From Eutreptiella sp. 'Long Island Sound 2002' (Eukaryota; Protista; Euglenida), in the NCBI GenBank assembly GCA_964036045.1, contig OZ038379.1, forward strand, positions 25,854,001 through 25,918,000: a stretch of DNA of 64,000 nucleotides, in the 5' to 3' direction. The notes under the pieces were generated by a model. That model was not told the origin of the DNA, ran no database searches, and saw only the letters and a program-made list of their open reading frames with translations. Shown in pieces: positions 23,472 through 36,840 of the stretch (positions within the stretch are counted from its first letter, which is position 1; the number at the start of each line of letters is the position of its first letter). The translations under genes were made by a program, and so were the position numbers.

Positions 23472-24690
23472 GGGGGAGCATTAGTGCGCCGGGCGCGCGC
23501 CGGGCATCTTTTTGGGCCACTTTTGATACGGAGCCCTAATCCACACCTTTTGCCTGGGTCATGTAGCCATATTCATTTCTCCCCACCATGGGGACCCCGA
23601 GAAGGCAGGGGTTATGTAGCCATATTGATCTCTCCCCACCACGGGGACCCCGGGAAGGCAGGGGGTATGTAGCCATATTGATCTCTCCCCACCATGGGGA
23701 CCCTGAGAAGGCAAGGGTGATGTAGCTATATTGATTCCTCCGCACCAAGAAATTCGCTTGGCCGACAGGTTGAATCTTTCATTCATTGTCCCCATTTCCA
23801 TTTTTTATGACACATTTCATGGACTCCATGCCCATCAATTCCATTGGTGGCATATGGAGTGCCAACTTGTGGATTCCTAAGTATGTTTTGCATGTTTACA
23901 AGATATCGGTTGCCGTTGATATGTTGGGCAACATTGTATGGATTTGCCCTGGGACATCTGCAGATGTTTTGATTTGGGAGGGGTATGGATCGTCTCGTGG
24001 TGATTTCTTTGATTTTGAGGTTGGGGGCCATGATGGCGCTTATACAAGCCTGATTCGTGTTGTTGTGCCATTCACTGGAAAAAAGAATTGAAGTTTGACG
24101 GCCCGGCAATAGTCGTACAATGATGTGCATGGGTCGTATCCGGCATGCATTGAGTATTTGTTTGGACGGTTGTGGCATTGGGGTTTGGTTAGGAATATTT
24201 AGCGTGATGGCCGTGATGAGCTGCACTAGTCTGTGCGTGTTTTGTTGCATTCCACACAATTTTTGCACCCAGAGACAAGTCCGCCACCCTCCTTATGGAC
24301 CATGGGACCATGTCCTGCCTCATGTTTGGACCGATAAAAGCAACTCAGCCGCCATGCTAGATGAAGGAGAGGATGGGGCAGATATGTGTGCCTTGTGTTA
24401 TCAGAAGTGTTCCACCATCACAGGTTGTGGTGAGTGCCAAGAGCATTATTCTGATGAATACATTGATGCCCGCACTTGTGAGGAAAAGATTGTGAGCAAA
24501 ATATTAGCAAATACACGAGTGACACACATTGATATCGAATCTAGCTATTTCGCCTTTTGCGGCGTGCTTTGTAGGGAAGGTTTGCCGTCCACTCTTGGTC
24601 AATGTGGGGGGCTATTCTAGGGGAGGGTAAATTCGGGGTTAAAGTTGGGATAGTGAATACAAAAGTAGCACGCCGGGCAACCCCCCCCCC
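23472..24690. mobile_element. GGG-terminus family element carrying 53-bp tandem repeats and a Cys-rich ORF relic
   Basis: Starts GGGGGAGCATTAGTGCGCCGGGCGCGCGCCGGGCATC and ends GTAGCACGCCGGGCAAC(C)n. Shares both ends and internal blocks with 60426-61187. TSD only approximate. Confidence 0.6.
23563..23730. repeat. 53-bp tandem repeat, about 3 units
   Basis: GTAGCCATATT...CTCCCCACCATGGGGACCCCGAGAAGGCAGGGG units start at 23563, 23616, 23669 and 23722. Single units near 8535 and 56490; degenerate units at about 38100-38230. Confidence 0.92.
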
Positions 24691-25558
24691 TCTTAACAGA
24701 CTCATGCCATTCTGCATTCAATGCCCCCCCCACCCCCCTACACACACCACAAAAGGTCACCCCCCATGCTCGTGATCCATGGTGTTTGGGCCCATCTTCA
24801 GGTCCACATGGACAACCGGGAACAAGCCACAGCCCAACCAATTAGCGGTTCCATTCGGGACGAAAAGAAAACACACTCCGGGCATGGACATTTGTTAGAG
24901 ACAAGAAGAAACGGGCACTTGTTGTTCTTGGAAAAAATCAAATCAGGGGCCAATATTTTAGGTGTCAATTTTGGAGAAAAATGTGTCGGCAAACCTATAT
25001 CTCCCTGCAACCATCATCAGGGTTTCAGCAATGGTAGCTGCAAGATCTCTGTTGTGTTTGGTCAAGCCTAGAAACACTGAAAGTATCCCCTGCTGTAATT
25101 TTCAATGTAATTTTGAAACCTCTGATGCCCAAAAGTAGTATGTTTCCTCTGCCCAAGCACCCGAAGATCAAACGTAAGCAGCAACACACAAGGGGAGGAG
25201 GAGCGTAGCGAGTCCTTCCCAAGCCTAGTCACGAAACTAATGGCATTAATTGGCTTATGTTTCATTTCTCCATCTTTTTTCGATTGCCTTTGTTGGTTTT
25301 TATGTAAGATGGGGAAAATTTCGCTGCTATGTACATTTTGCTTCATGAGTCTGCACTGTTGTGTCCAACCATGGGTCGTAGAAAGTTAGAAGAAGTTTTT
25401 GTGGGAAGTTGTGGCAGCATGTAGTGAGGTTCTTTGCACCCTCCCCCCCCCCTTGCACAAGCACGGCCGCGGTCCCAAAAGCCAGGTCAAAACGGCGGTT
25501 CAACGCCCACCCCGTGTTTAGACAAAGCCGTGCATGCGCGTGACACCCGTGACATCAA

Positions 25559-26364
25559 GGGGGTGTTGCCTGAACCGTGCGCGCACCGTGCACGCACCGT
25601 GCGCGCACCGTGCGTCCTTTTGCGTATTCTATGTCCACCAGATCCACAATGCCTGAATCTGAGCTGCCCTGGCTTGTCGCCGGACTGCCTGTGTACTACC
25701 ACCGCTCCAACGGGGATAGGGTGTCGGCCACTGTCGTTGACCCTTCTCCAAGAGGTGGGCGTCGCGTCTCTATTCGGTACGAATTGGGTGGTGAAGAGGT
25801 CTTGTACGAGCATGCACCCGAGGAGCGGTTGGAGTTTGCAATTGTGACTGCTGAGAGCCCCGATTCCCCCCAACCTGTGCACCATGAGGCGCCGATGGAC
25901 GCTTTGCTGGAGCCCCAATTACCTGAAGTGGAAACTAAAGCCCCTAGAATTGATGATCATGAGCCAGAATGCTGTGGCGGATGAAATTGAAATTCCCGTA
26001 ACCCAACCAGTGTTGTCGCTTGTGTTGTCGCCTGTGCATGGTTTGTAACGGAGGTGCGTGCAAGGTGCAGAAATTGGGAGCCTGGAACCTGTGACAAGCA
26101 TCAGATTCAAAAAAAAAATTCCCGGTACGCCAATAGGGGCTGCAGGGTGCAGAAAATAGGACCCTGGAACCTGTGACAAGCATCAGACTAAAAATTGAAG
26201 AATCCTGGTATGCCAGTATGGACTGCAAGGTGCAGAAATCAGGACCCTGGGTGTGTTTCTATGGGGGCCATTCAACGGGGTACAAGTTGGGCAACCATCC
26301 CAAAAACATTGAACCGTGCGCGCACCGTGCACGCACCGTGCGCGCACCGTGCGACAACGCCCCC
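25559..26364. mobile_element. GGG-terminus family element nested in the poly-C element; carries an intact Tudor-like ORF
   Basis: CAA|GGGGGTGTTGCC ... GACAACGCCCCC|AAA. The block GAACCGTGCGCGCACCGTGCACGCACCGTGCGCGCACCGTGCG occurs near both ends (about 25572 and 26311). Confidence 0.7.
25631..25984 (+). CDS. Intact 117-aa ORF with Tudor/SH3-like N-terminal domain and acidic/Pro-rich tail (copy B)
   Basis: MSTRSTMPESELPWLVAGLPVYYHRSNGDRVSATVVDPSPRGGRRVSIRYELGGEEVLYEHAPEERLEFAIV; homologues at 2439 and 40021. The fold is inferred from the beta-strand pattern only. Confidence 0.6.
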   Translation: MSTRSTMPESELPWLVAGLPVYYHRSNGDRVSATVVDPSPRGGRRVSIRYELGGEEVLYEHAPEERLEFAIVTAESPDSPQPVHHEAPMDALLEPQLPEVETKAPRIDDHEPECCGG

Positions 26365-27200
26365 CAAACGTGTGGGGGAGCCCTCAGATGGGCATGGCGA
26401 GGGGCTGCGAATGGGGAAGAGCACTTTATCAAAAGCGGCCATGTGCTCAATCTCCTTCTCATTCCGCATGTGCTTCAAATGGATGTAGTTGTCCCCATGA
26501 CGAGAGGGACCAAAAATATTGGCAGACACATGTTCCCCAGTGCTTCGAACGTAAGTGCCAGCCATGGTGGGAATAACATTGTTAGCCATGGCTGAAAGTC
26601 ACATCAGAACAAACGGCATGGGGTTGCAACATGTGGTATAATGTTGTTATGGACACAATGCACAATCACAAACATGACTGAGCCCCTCTTTCCCTGTACA
26701 AGCGCTCTACAAACACCCAATCCTCCATTCTGGACCACAAAAACCCCAAATTTCCTTAACACGGCAGTTCAACGCCCACCCTGTGCTTAGACAAGGCCGT
26801 GCATGCGCAAGGGGGGGGGTACCACACATTATCGTTATGGTTGCACAGGAATATAATGTGTCGTGAAATCATTCTATGCGGGAAAAGTATCATCTTAGAG
26901 CATCGATTTCACCAATCAACAATATGAATTGTGCATCCTTTTTCACCAAGTGTGTTGATTAGTTTCTCTAAGAGAACATAATATAGGCCAATCGAACTAT
27001 AATAATGGTTTAGTTTAACTTAGAAAACAAAAGCGTGTTAATGGTACACTTGTATAAATATTCCTAGGTACATGACATGGAAGATGAGTCTCTAAACTCT
27101 TGAACCCCTTTGCCGGGTCTTGTCGCGGGTGGGCGGGCCGGGCTTTTGGACCACCTTGTTGAAATAGCACTTTTAGACATACAAAATCCCTTACGCTGAT

Positions 27201-27488
27201 GTGGAACTCACAAATTTTGTCTTATGCAATGTGCTTTGTAGAGAAGATTTGCGGTGCATTCTATTGTGCTAGGGGAGCCTTCTCTAGGGCAGGGTAAAAC
27301 AAGGGCTAAAATTGAGAGAGTGTATGCAAAAGTAGCCCCGGGTGCACACTCAGCCACTTGTGTATTAAATATCCGAAGTTTAACCACTATTTTACCCTCC
27401 CCTAGAGAAAGCCCCCCAACCACAGCAGAATGTACAACAACCCTTCCCTACAAAGCACATTGCATGAAACGAGACTTGTGAATTCCAC
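27201..27488. mobile_element. MITE/foldback with roughly 95-bp inverted arms
   Basis: GTGGAACTCACAA...ATGCAATGTGCTTTGTAG...TCTCTAGGGCAGGGTAAAA mirrored by TTTTACCCTCCCCTAGAGA...CTACAAAGCACATTGCAT...TTGTGAATTCCAC. Confidence 0.8.
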
Positions 27489-30400
27489 TTCAACACAAGT
27501 GACATTTCATGTCTCTAATAAACAGTGTTATCACCACAAGTGTGACAGTCATGACATTTTGAAGAATAATGTTCCTTGCACTCACCACAAACCTTGGCGG
27601 TGGAGCACCTATTGCACCACCATGCACACACCACCGCCTCATTCTGTCCCTCACCTTGCGTGGTGGCTGAAATGCTTGCATCACTACAAACCTAAGGCGC
27701 GACATGCTCCCATAGTCCCATGGGCCGCGGGCATTGCACTATGGGCTTCAAACATGATGAGTGGTCTAAAAGGAGACAAAATAAAGCTAACAACCCCAAA
27801 GAGCACCCAAAAGTGTATGACTGTATCACCTTCATACCGTACTTAGGGTGTCCCTTTCACAATTGCGGAAGCACCACACATCGTCTCAGTCTCCAAAGTG
27901 TGAAAGAATCAAAGTGGATGAATGATTCAGAATTGAAGGAATGAATGGAGGAACTTCCTTTCACACCTCTCCCTCCTTTGAAGCCCTCATTCCACAAAGG
28001 TAGTGATCAAGATTGCGTTAGGTTCTGTCGGGAGTATACTTCTTCATTAACCCTTTAACATCCGCCTTGGCCCGAGGACTTACAACCTAGCACCCACTCA
28101 ACCATATTGCGAAAACGGTCGTTGGTTGTGACGCAAAAAAAGTACCTTTTCGCGTAATTTTTACGACGAATATTCAGAGCTACCAAATACTACCCCCGGT
28201 CATTCTCTCCTACATCTCTCAAGGATCGTAATGAGCTACGTTTCGTGGCCTAACTCCACAACATATCCAAATGCCATCCAAAATACGCAACTGCGCAACT
28301 TGAAAAAATTGCCAATTGTCAAACCTCCGGCGCATAAAATGGCTGCCTTTTATCACCTCTCGGACCCAAATACCAACCCAACACGTGGTACCCACCACGA
28401 AGGACCTTGATGAAAAGGGTCTGAAGGGAGGTGGATCCGGGGCACCTTGCAACACCAGTTGGGGGGAGACCCATGATGGCCAAAAAACGCAGCCTGGTTC
28501 CGGTGTTGACAGCATGCTCTGAAACCCTTCATTATACCGCTCCTGTTATATGACCATATGAAGGCGAAGGCACACACAAGACCACATAGTAAAGATGGAA
28601 GGGCAACAGTAGGGCTTCAATTTGACCGGGGGGCGGCCTCGTACCTCAACGTTGTATTCGCGCGGCGCCGAATTCCGTTAGGTCCACGACCGAAAAAACT
28701 GATCTTTCACCCAAATCGGTCTCACTCAAAAGGCCGTATCTTGGCGCCATCGGGTCGTTTGGAGCCAATCCCCCCCCCCCCCCCCCCGACCCTTTGAGGT
28801 GTCCTAAGGTGATGGTGCTTGAATCTGGGCCAATTAAGCCACAGGCGCGGCGCTACTCCTGTCGCCAAATGACCCGCGTTTCGAAATCTTCGAGTTTTTC
28901 CCAATGTGAACCCTTCGCCAAACTACGAAATCGGATGGGGTTTTCGAAATATTAAATGCTATATGGATCGTTTTTTGATGGCGTTCACAAAATCGGATTT
29001 CATTTCCTGCCATTTTTCTCTAGACCTCTGTAATCTGGCCAAGAAAAAAAAGGTGCTTATACAACGTTGTAGGGGTTGACATGCCATTCATAAATGTGCC
29101 TTCGGTTCGTTCTAAAACGCGTGCGTTACCAACAGTATGAGAGGGCCAATCCGCCAACATAATCACAGGGGTGAGCATTACAGTTGAATGTCGCTGGGTG
29201 GCCGCGGGGCCTCTCCCCCACTGCCGGACAGTGAACAGCGGGCCTTGGGCCCCTGGAGCAACAGGCATGATGTGCAAACATTCCCCCAAAGTGATCAGCA
29301 ATCCCCCAGCCCCCCCACTACCTTGCAATGGGGAGCGTCGCTGCTCGTGCGTCACACATCTTTTTGGGCTTGTTCCCCAACCATGACCATTCTCGACTCC
29401 TCCCTGTACATACTTTGATTGGTTGAAAAGATTGCGCGGCGCGGGCGCGCACACACAAACACACACAACTCCGTGCGCCCCACAATTGTTTTCTAGGCTT
29501 CAGAAGTACCTAGGGTCTTGTCCAACGACCACCTGCTAGTCAAACAGCACTTTTTGAGCCGCGAACACTGTCCTACTACCACCTGCTGGTTCAGCGGTTA
29601 GAAGTTGCTGTTCATTGTGCAAGGGGTGGGGGTGGACACGTCCCACTGAGTGTTGAGGTACGCCTTTAAAGGGACCGTGACCCCCTGGGCTTCGGTTCGT
29701 TGGGGCCCGGTGTCCAAGTTTGTTCGATGACTTTGGCCCCCAACCCCTTGCTGCACCAGACAGGGGGTCTGGAGGGGGGGCTTCTCCACAATGCAACTTA
29801 TGCAACATATGTCTAGAATTGTGCATCAGAGCCAGGCCTGCCATGGCTCGGATGTACCAACGAGGGCAACAAGATGGTGCACAGTATGGTCGTGGCACAT
29901 TCTGCATTTGGCATGCTCTCAATGATCGCCAGCGGCGAAATTGGTTGATGGTTGCCATAATTCATATCCTCTTGGTGGTTTTTTCATCGCGATGCCAATC
30001 TCGGGCCTTGCTGCACTGTCACACAATTATTCCAGTCAATTTCCATTTTTTGGTATCCCAGTTCGGTGACATGTTCAATGTTCGGCCAAGAACATCAAAT
30101 CGGGTGCTTGTCCAACAAAATTTGATTTGATTTTGGGCAACAGCTTGTCTAATGCCACACCCAAGTGTGCATTGCACTTTCATCAGTGACGAGAATTAGC
30201 CTTGCACATTCACGGAACAAAATAATGCCACAAGCCTAGTGTAAGGACACTGTGGTGAGCCGTGCACGCTCAGGCAGAAACATGTGGTTGACGGTCTCCA
30301 CCAAATGCACTTGGAGGAGGTGATGTCACACATTCTTGTCACGCCTTGTGGTGCGTGTCAGTGGAACATGTGGCCCAATGGCAGGGAAGACTCGAGTGTT

Positions 30401-31839
30401 CTAGAAAGTGGGCTGCTGTGCTGCAGGGCACATGTGGTCCAGGTGCAGTGCAACAGGTAGTCCATTGTGCAGTTTTCATTCAGTATGTCATCCTCACCTC
30501 TTGAGATAGCATGGCTTGTCTAAACAACGGCGATCTTGTTTACTCGCTGTTTTGCTGATCAGAGTCTTTGTGGCTAAGACAGCGACATCACATGTTTGTG
30601 AGCACCTTATAGTGGGAAAGAGGGGCTGGATCATGTCCGTGAAGAGTTGTTGATTCTGCTCTGAACAATTTTCTGTGTTAGGCTACACGGCACTCTTTTG
30701 ACATAACCCCGCTTAGGTGTAAATTAGGGGGTTTGCCACAAATATTGGACACATATATGTAATGGAGTGATGGGTTGTCGTCACGGGAGGGCGGGTTCAT
30801 GGATCAGTGATACTTGGGGTAAACGGAGCGAATGGGACACATTTGAATGCAAGGCACCCAATCCGTGTGGCATAGAAGGATGGAGGGCAGATGAATGGAG
30901 AAATCACGAGGGGATTGGCAGAAACACACCTTCATGGGCACATGCATCCACACACACCTCACCAACGGAGGGTTCCAGAGTGGCTTGCTATGATGGGCAA
31001 GCTGCTGTTTTTGCGTCTTGTGATGGTATATGGTGATGATGCTTGTGCCATTTTGCCTCAACCGTGACAGGGTACAGATCTGTAGCACAAACACATGTGT
31101 CCATGCCACTTTTGCCATGGAGCTAAAAAACCCCACGATTGGGGTTAGCCCCATCTGTATCGTGCCACAAGTTGTGTGTGTGTGCTGAAGGGGGAGGAGG
31201 GGCGTAGCCTCTACTTGTGCACAGGCAGAACCATGTACCACATGCCAACGTTTGGCGGGAGGTTGTCTCAGGGGCCATCAAGGCACTGAGATGAGCAGCA
31301 TGCAAGTGCACAATTGGGCACTAAGCTTGGCCACCAAATGCAGATTGTGACTGGGCTGGAGCATTTCGGTGAATGAATGTTGGCCTCCCACAGAATCGCC
31401 TACACCAATGCAGCCGCATGATGAATTGTGCAAGCACACCAATACGATCCTGTTTAGGTCCCGACAAATGTTCGGACCGCCTCTACCTCCAGCACTGCAG
31501 AGTGTGAAGCTGTAATCTTCCCTCCCTGTCAGCCGCTAGGCATACTTGCAGATGCTGAGAAGCATGAGCCCAACCTCTTCAACTCTTTGGCTTAGGAGGG
31601 CACAGGAGACCCGGCACAGAAATGTGATCTCAAAATTGACTGTATGAGGTTTTAACTCCACAGAAGGGCATATCAAGGCTATATGGCGGTACTTGTTCGT
31701 AAGTGATGCCAAATATGTGTGCTACCTCAGCGCTACATATGGGTCTCCCTCGGTAATAGTGCCCAAGGTGCTAGCTTCAAGGGATACCGCTGGCACCCAC
31801 CTTAGGACCAAGCTGGCACGGCCGTGCCATCCTAAATGG

Positions 31840-32872
31840 TCCAGGATCACTTTTGGAAGAACGCATTTTTGACCCATTTTTGACCCATTTTTGGTCGCGA
31901 AACGGCCCATTTTCAAGGCATTTGGGGATTTTCAATGGGCCAAAACACGTCACCACGGGCTCAAAACAGGCCAAAAACACTTGTTTGAGCATCCCGAATG
32001 GTTCAGTATCACTTTTGGAAAAACACTTTTTGACCCATTTTTGGTCCCAAAACGGCCCATTTTTAAGGCATTTTGGGATTTTCTATGGGCCAAAATGCGT
32101 CACCACAGGCTCAAAACGGGCTAAAAACAGTTGTTTGAGCATCCTAAGTGGTCTAGGAACAACTTTGGAAAAAATCTTTTTTTCGCCCCGGGGACCCTGG
32201 TGGACCCACCGTTGGCCCCCACCGTGCACGGCTCGGGTTGCCCTCCGGCTCCACCAAGTGACCACTGATATAGGGGTCAAGGCCTCTCATTTGGCGACTC
32301 TAAGGCTTGGAAACCAGAAAAAGTGGGGGGTTGCGGGTGGACTAGGTGCCCTCGGAATTTGGGTCTCACCCACATAGCCCAAGATACGCTCTGCTCTTGG
32401 TTTTGGGGCTGTTTGACACAAACAGCGCACATTCCGGGCCATTTTTAGCCATTTTTGGGCCGTTCCTCGGACATATCGTAGAGTTAGAGGGCAACAAAGG
32501 GCTCTTTGTCACGAGGAAGTCAAGGCGCACGTGGTGTTTATGGACCGTTCCCCTTCGTTTCTCCATTTTGAATGGGTTTCGGGGCCGTTTTGGACCAAAA
32601 AAGGCTGTTTTGGGGCACAAAAATGCGTAGTTTTGGGAGGGCACCTCCCGACTTGGCACCCCCGCCGCGGGGCACCACCGGTGAGTTTTTGGCTCAAATT
32701 TTGGATTTGGCAAGGGCACCACTAAGGGAATAAGGGAATACGATGGCTAGATTAGGGAAAGATCCAAGGCATTGGGATGGAGTAACAGCCAAAACGGAAA
32801 CGTGATGTGCTTGCTTGCTGTTGTTGGTGTTGTTGTTAGCTAAAGTTAAGGGGAGAGGGGTGTCGTAATATA
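31840..32872 (+). mobile_element. Copy 1 of a long foldback repeat family (partial)
   Basis: TTTTGACCCATTTTTGGTC.../AAAACGGCCCATTTT internal repeats; ends (CTTG)n...AAGGGGAGAGGGGTGT; homologous to 35960-36839. Confidence 0.8.
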
Positions 32873-33729
32873 TATTGGCTTTTGATGGGGGGGGGGGGGT
32901 CAAAACAGATATATTAACCCGCACCCGACCGGTTGTGTAGTGTCGCCCAATTTCTTTAAAAAAAATTGGTGTTTCATGGGGGGGGTGGGTATGTAATAAC
33001 TTTTTGGATAGCCCTCAAAGATGGCTTTACAGAGACTTAGGGTTTGGGGAGGGCTGGATTTTTTAAAAATACCGTCCACTGTTCGGTCTGGTTTAACCTG
33101 CATGCAGACTTGTATACATAGTTTTCGTTAGTGTACGCCATTCGACACTAAAGGCCAACACAAGCACAAATCCATAGGCGTTTTGAACCACAAATGGTTG
33201 TTTCTCATACGTTCCCATCCTCTCATAACAGTTTTTGTCCTTCTTTTTGGGACACATGGCTCCCGATATTTTGGCGGATGTGGTCCACACGAGCCTGCTG
33301 CATGCTAGTGGTCATGGACTGGCTCAAGTTGCGGAGGTTAATCCCAGTGCAGTTGCCAAAGGGACCTCCATCGGCCACTTTGCGGTCCCGTTTGCTAGGG
33401 GACTGGCTAGGGGATGAGCAAGATGAAGATTTCGATGGGGAATGCATTTTGGATGGGGAAGACATTGCAGTGTTTGTGAAACACAAAAACAGTGCCTACA
33501 ATACACCAGTGCAGAGAAAATGCACAAAAATTCAGCACAACACCCCGAACCAGCCCCCCTAGCCATCCCAATTTCCTCCGAAACCATCAAAAATGAATTC
33601 AGCACCCTCAAAGTAGGGGGGGGGGGGTCATGGGAGAAGCCCCAAATAATCCTCTGTGGTGACCTGAAATTGAAAAAGGTCAGTTGCACGGTAGTCCCCC
33701 CCCCCCCCCCGTCAAACGCCCATAGATAT

Positions 33730-34890
33730 TAACCCTAGGTAACAACCAACAAGCAAGCAAGCAACAAGCAAGCAACGAGCAATCAGCATGCAACAAGGAG
33801 TTCTCCTTTCCGTTTTGGCTATTGCTTTGTCTCATTGCTCGGGGCTCTACACCACTCTAGCCATCCTTTACCCTATGTGGTAGCTTTGCCAAATCCAATT
33901 TTTGAGCCAAAAACTCACCGGTGGCGCCCCAGGGCGGTGGCACCAAGTTGGGAGGTGCTCTCCTAAAACTGCGCATTTTCTGCCCCAAAACACCCTTTTT
34001 TGCCCTAAAACAGCCCTGGAAACCATTCAAAACACCCAAACAAAGGGAAGTGGTTGCTACATTGCACGTGCGCCTTGACTTCCCTGTGACAAAGAGCCCT
34101 TTGTTGCCCTCTAACTCCACAATATGTCCGAGAAACGGCCCCAAAATGGCCCGAAATGTGCGCAATATTTGTCAAACAACCTCAAAACCAAGAACGGGCC
34201 GTATCTTGGGCTGCGTGGCTAAAATTCGAGAGCACCTAGTCCACCCGCAATCCCCCACTTTTTGTCGTTTCCAAGCCTCAGAATTGCCCAACGAGATGTC
34301 TAGGCCCCCATACCAATTAGTCACTTGGCGGAGCCGGAGGGCAGCCCGGGCCGCGCACGGTGGGGGCCAACGGTGGGTCCACCAGGTGCCCCGGGGCGAA
34401 AAAATGATTTTTTCCCAAGTTGTTACCAGACCACTTAGGATGCTCAAACAAGTGTTTTCAGCCCGTTTCGAGCGTGTGATGACGCACTTTGGACCAAGGA
34501 AAATCCCCCAATGCCCTGAAAATGGGCCTTTTTGGGGCCAAAGATGGGTCAAAAATGGGTAAAAAATATGTTTTTCCAAAAGTGATCCCGGACGATTTGG
34601 GGTACACAAACAAGTGAAACCAGCCCATTTTGAGCCCATTTTGAGGCATTTTGGCCCCTCTAAGGTCCCAAAAGGCCTTGAAAATGGGACGTTTTGGGAC
34701 CAAAGATGGGTCAAAAGAGGGTCAAAAACAAATTTTTCCAAAAGTGTTCGTGGGCCATTTGGGGTGCATAAACAACTTTAACAAGCCCATTATGAGACCG
34801 TTTTGAGCCATTTTGGCCCCTCTAAGGTCCCCAAAAGGCTTGAAAAGGCGCCATTTTGTAAAGAAAAATAGGTCAAAAATGGGTCCAACA
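33730..34890 (-). mobile_element. Copy 2 of the same foldback family, inverted
   Basis: (CAAG)n start followed by the reverse complement of the blocks at 31840-32700. Confidence 0.8.
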
Positions 34891-35548
34891 CATGTACCAC
34901 CGGTGCCCAGCACAGAACATTGAAAGAGAGACCAATATTGTCCGGTTACCGGTGGCAATTTTAGGAAATCTGTACCGACGTGCATGCGATATGCTTCGGT
35001 CCGTCGCTTAGAAGTTTTCGAAAACCCTTGGAAAGATGCTCGGAAGTTTTGGCAGCCAGATCGGCCCCCCAAAACGCAACCGATATCGGTAGGAATGTTC
35101 CATGGGCTTCCCAGCCGACCGTGCCGGGGGAGCTCGGAAGAAATTTTTCAGCCCGAACCCAGTGGAATTTTGGTTGGATGCTTGGTGGAAAGATGCTCGG
35201 AAGTTTTGGCTGGGACTTCCGAGATCAACCCTGCAATATGAGTCCCATTTGCTGAGCATGAATGCTGAGCATCCCCAAATATCCTGAGCAATATGCTCAG
35301 CATTTTCCTGCCACTTTTTACCTTCTATGCTGTGCGTCCCAGCACCATGTGAAATGTGGTTTTTTCAAAAATGATCTTGGACCGTTTAGGGTGCTCAAAC
35401 GGGACAATAGCGCCCATTTTGAGCGCATTTGGACCCAATTTAGCCCATTTCGCCACATGTATGCACCAAGTTGTACACTTCGCATGCATCTTACAGTGAT
35501 ATTGTGGAGCCACCTAGAGTTGGGGAGAGGGATGTAGATTAGAGGATA

Positions 35549-35583
35549 TATTACTGCACCCCTCTCCCCTTAAATCTAGCTAA

Positions 35584-35614
<31 letters not shown>

Positions 35615-36839
35615 TACTTCTGCTTCCCGTTTTGGCTATTGCTCTATCTCATCGCCCCGGGCTCTACTCTACTCTAGCCATCCTAGACCCTAGGTTGTGG
35701 CCAAATCCAAGTTTTGAGCCAAAAACTCACCGGCGGTGCCTCGGGGCAGTGGCACAAAGTGGGGAGGTGCCCTCCTAAAACTGCACATTTTCTGCCCCAA
35801 AACAGCCTTTTTTGGCCCAACACGGCCCCAAAACCCATTCAAAACGGACAAACGAAGGGAAACGGTTGCTACACTACACGTGCACCTGGACTTCCCAAGG
35901 AGCCCTTTGTTGTCCTCTAACTCCACGATATGTCCGAGAAACGGGTTATTTGTGCACCGCAAATGGTCCACGATCGCTTTTGGAAAACATATTTTTTACC
36001 CATTTTTGACCCATTTTTGGCCCCAAAACGGCCCATTTTCAAGGCACTGGGGGATTTTCCACAGTCCAAAGTGTGTCACCACGACCTCAAAACGGGCCAA
36101 AAACACTTGTTTGAGCATCCCAGGTGGTCTAGGCACAACTTGGAAAAAAATTTTTTTCACCCTGGGGCACCTGGTGGACCCACCGTTGGCCCCCACCGTG
36201 CGCGGCTCAGGCTCCACCACCAAGTGACCACTGTCACGGGGGTCTAGGCGTCTTGTTGGGCGATTCTAAGGCTTGGAAACGACAACAAGTTGGGGTTGCG
36301 GGTGGACTAGGTGCCCTTGGATTTCGGATTTGAGCCATGTAGCCCAAGATACGGCCCGTTGTTGATTTTGGGGCTGGGTGACACAAACTACGCACATTCA
36401 CGGCCATTTTTAGCCATCTTTAGGCCGTTTCTGAGACATATCGTGGAATGTCGAGGGCAACAAAGGGCTCTTTTACGCGAGGAAGTCAAGGCGCACGTGT
36501 AGTGTAGGAATCGTTTCCCTTCGTTTGTCCATTTTAAATGGGTTCAGGGGGCGCGTTGGGCCAAAAAAGGGTGTTTTGGGGCAGAAGTTGCGCAGTTTTG
36601 GGAGGGCACCTCCCGACTTGGCACCACCGCCCCGGGGCGCCACCGGTGATTTTTTGGCTCAAAAGTTGTAATGGGCAAGGCCACCACCTAGGGTCCGTGA
36701 TGGCTAGAGTAGAGTAGAGCCAGTAGCATTGAGAGGGTGCGATGGCCAAAATGGAAAGGAGAAGTGCTTGCTTGCTTGCTTGTTGCTTGCTTGTTGCTTG
36801 CTTGTTAGCTAGTTTTAAGGGGAGAGGGGTGTAGTAGTA
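35549..36839. mobile_element. Complete foldback element with about 400-bp inverted arms
   Basis: TATTACTGCACCCCTCTCCCCTTAAATCTAGCTAACAAGC versus GCTTGTTAGCTAGTTTTAAGGGGAGAGGGGTGTAGTAGTA; arms about 35550-35945 and 36430-36839. Confidence 0.85.
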
Positions 36840-36840
36840 T

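Larger units (their letters stand above)
25439..26819. mobile_element. Poly-C/TTG-TIR element (TA-TSD class), longer relative of 63067-63450
   Basis: (C)nTTGCACAAGCACGGCC ... GGCCGTGCATGCGCAA(G)n|TA. Both ends match the reverse complement of 63067-63450, with about 1 kb extra internally. Confidence 0.85.

Noticed and set aside
23563-23730. CRISPR-like appearance of the 53-bp palindromic repeats
   Set aside because: The units are directly tandem with no unique spacers, there are no cas genes, and the context is eukaryotic.
27849-27900. Possible gag zinc knuckle (FHNCGSTTHRLSL)
   Set aside because: The first and last Cys of CCHC are missing, and no LTRs or pol motifs were recognised nearby.
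28047-28060. piggyBac-like terminus TTAA|CCCTTTAAC (similar TTAA|CCC at about 32915 and 33730)
   Set aside because: I could not find matching GGG|TTAA right ends or a transposase.
29500-31700. Decayed minus-strand coding-like region (also 54300-55700 and 61900-62700)
   Set aside because: Many stops and no motif I could assign; left unannotated rather than guessed.
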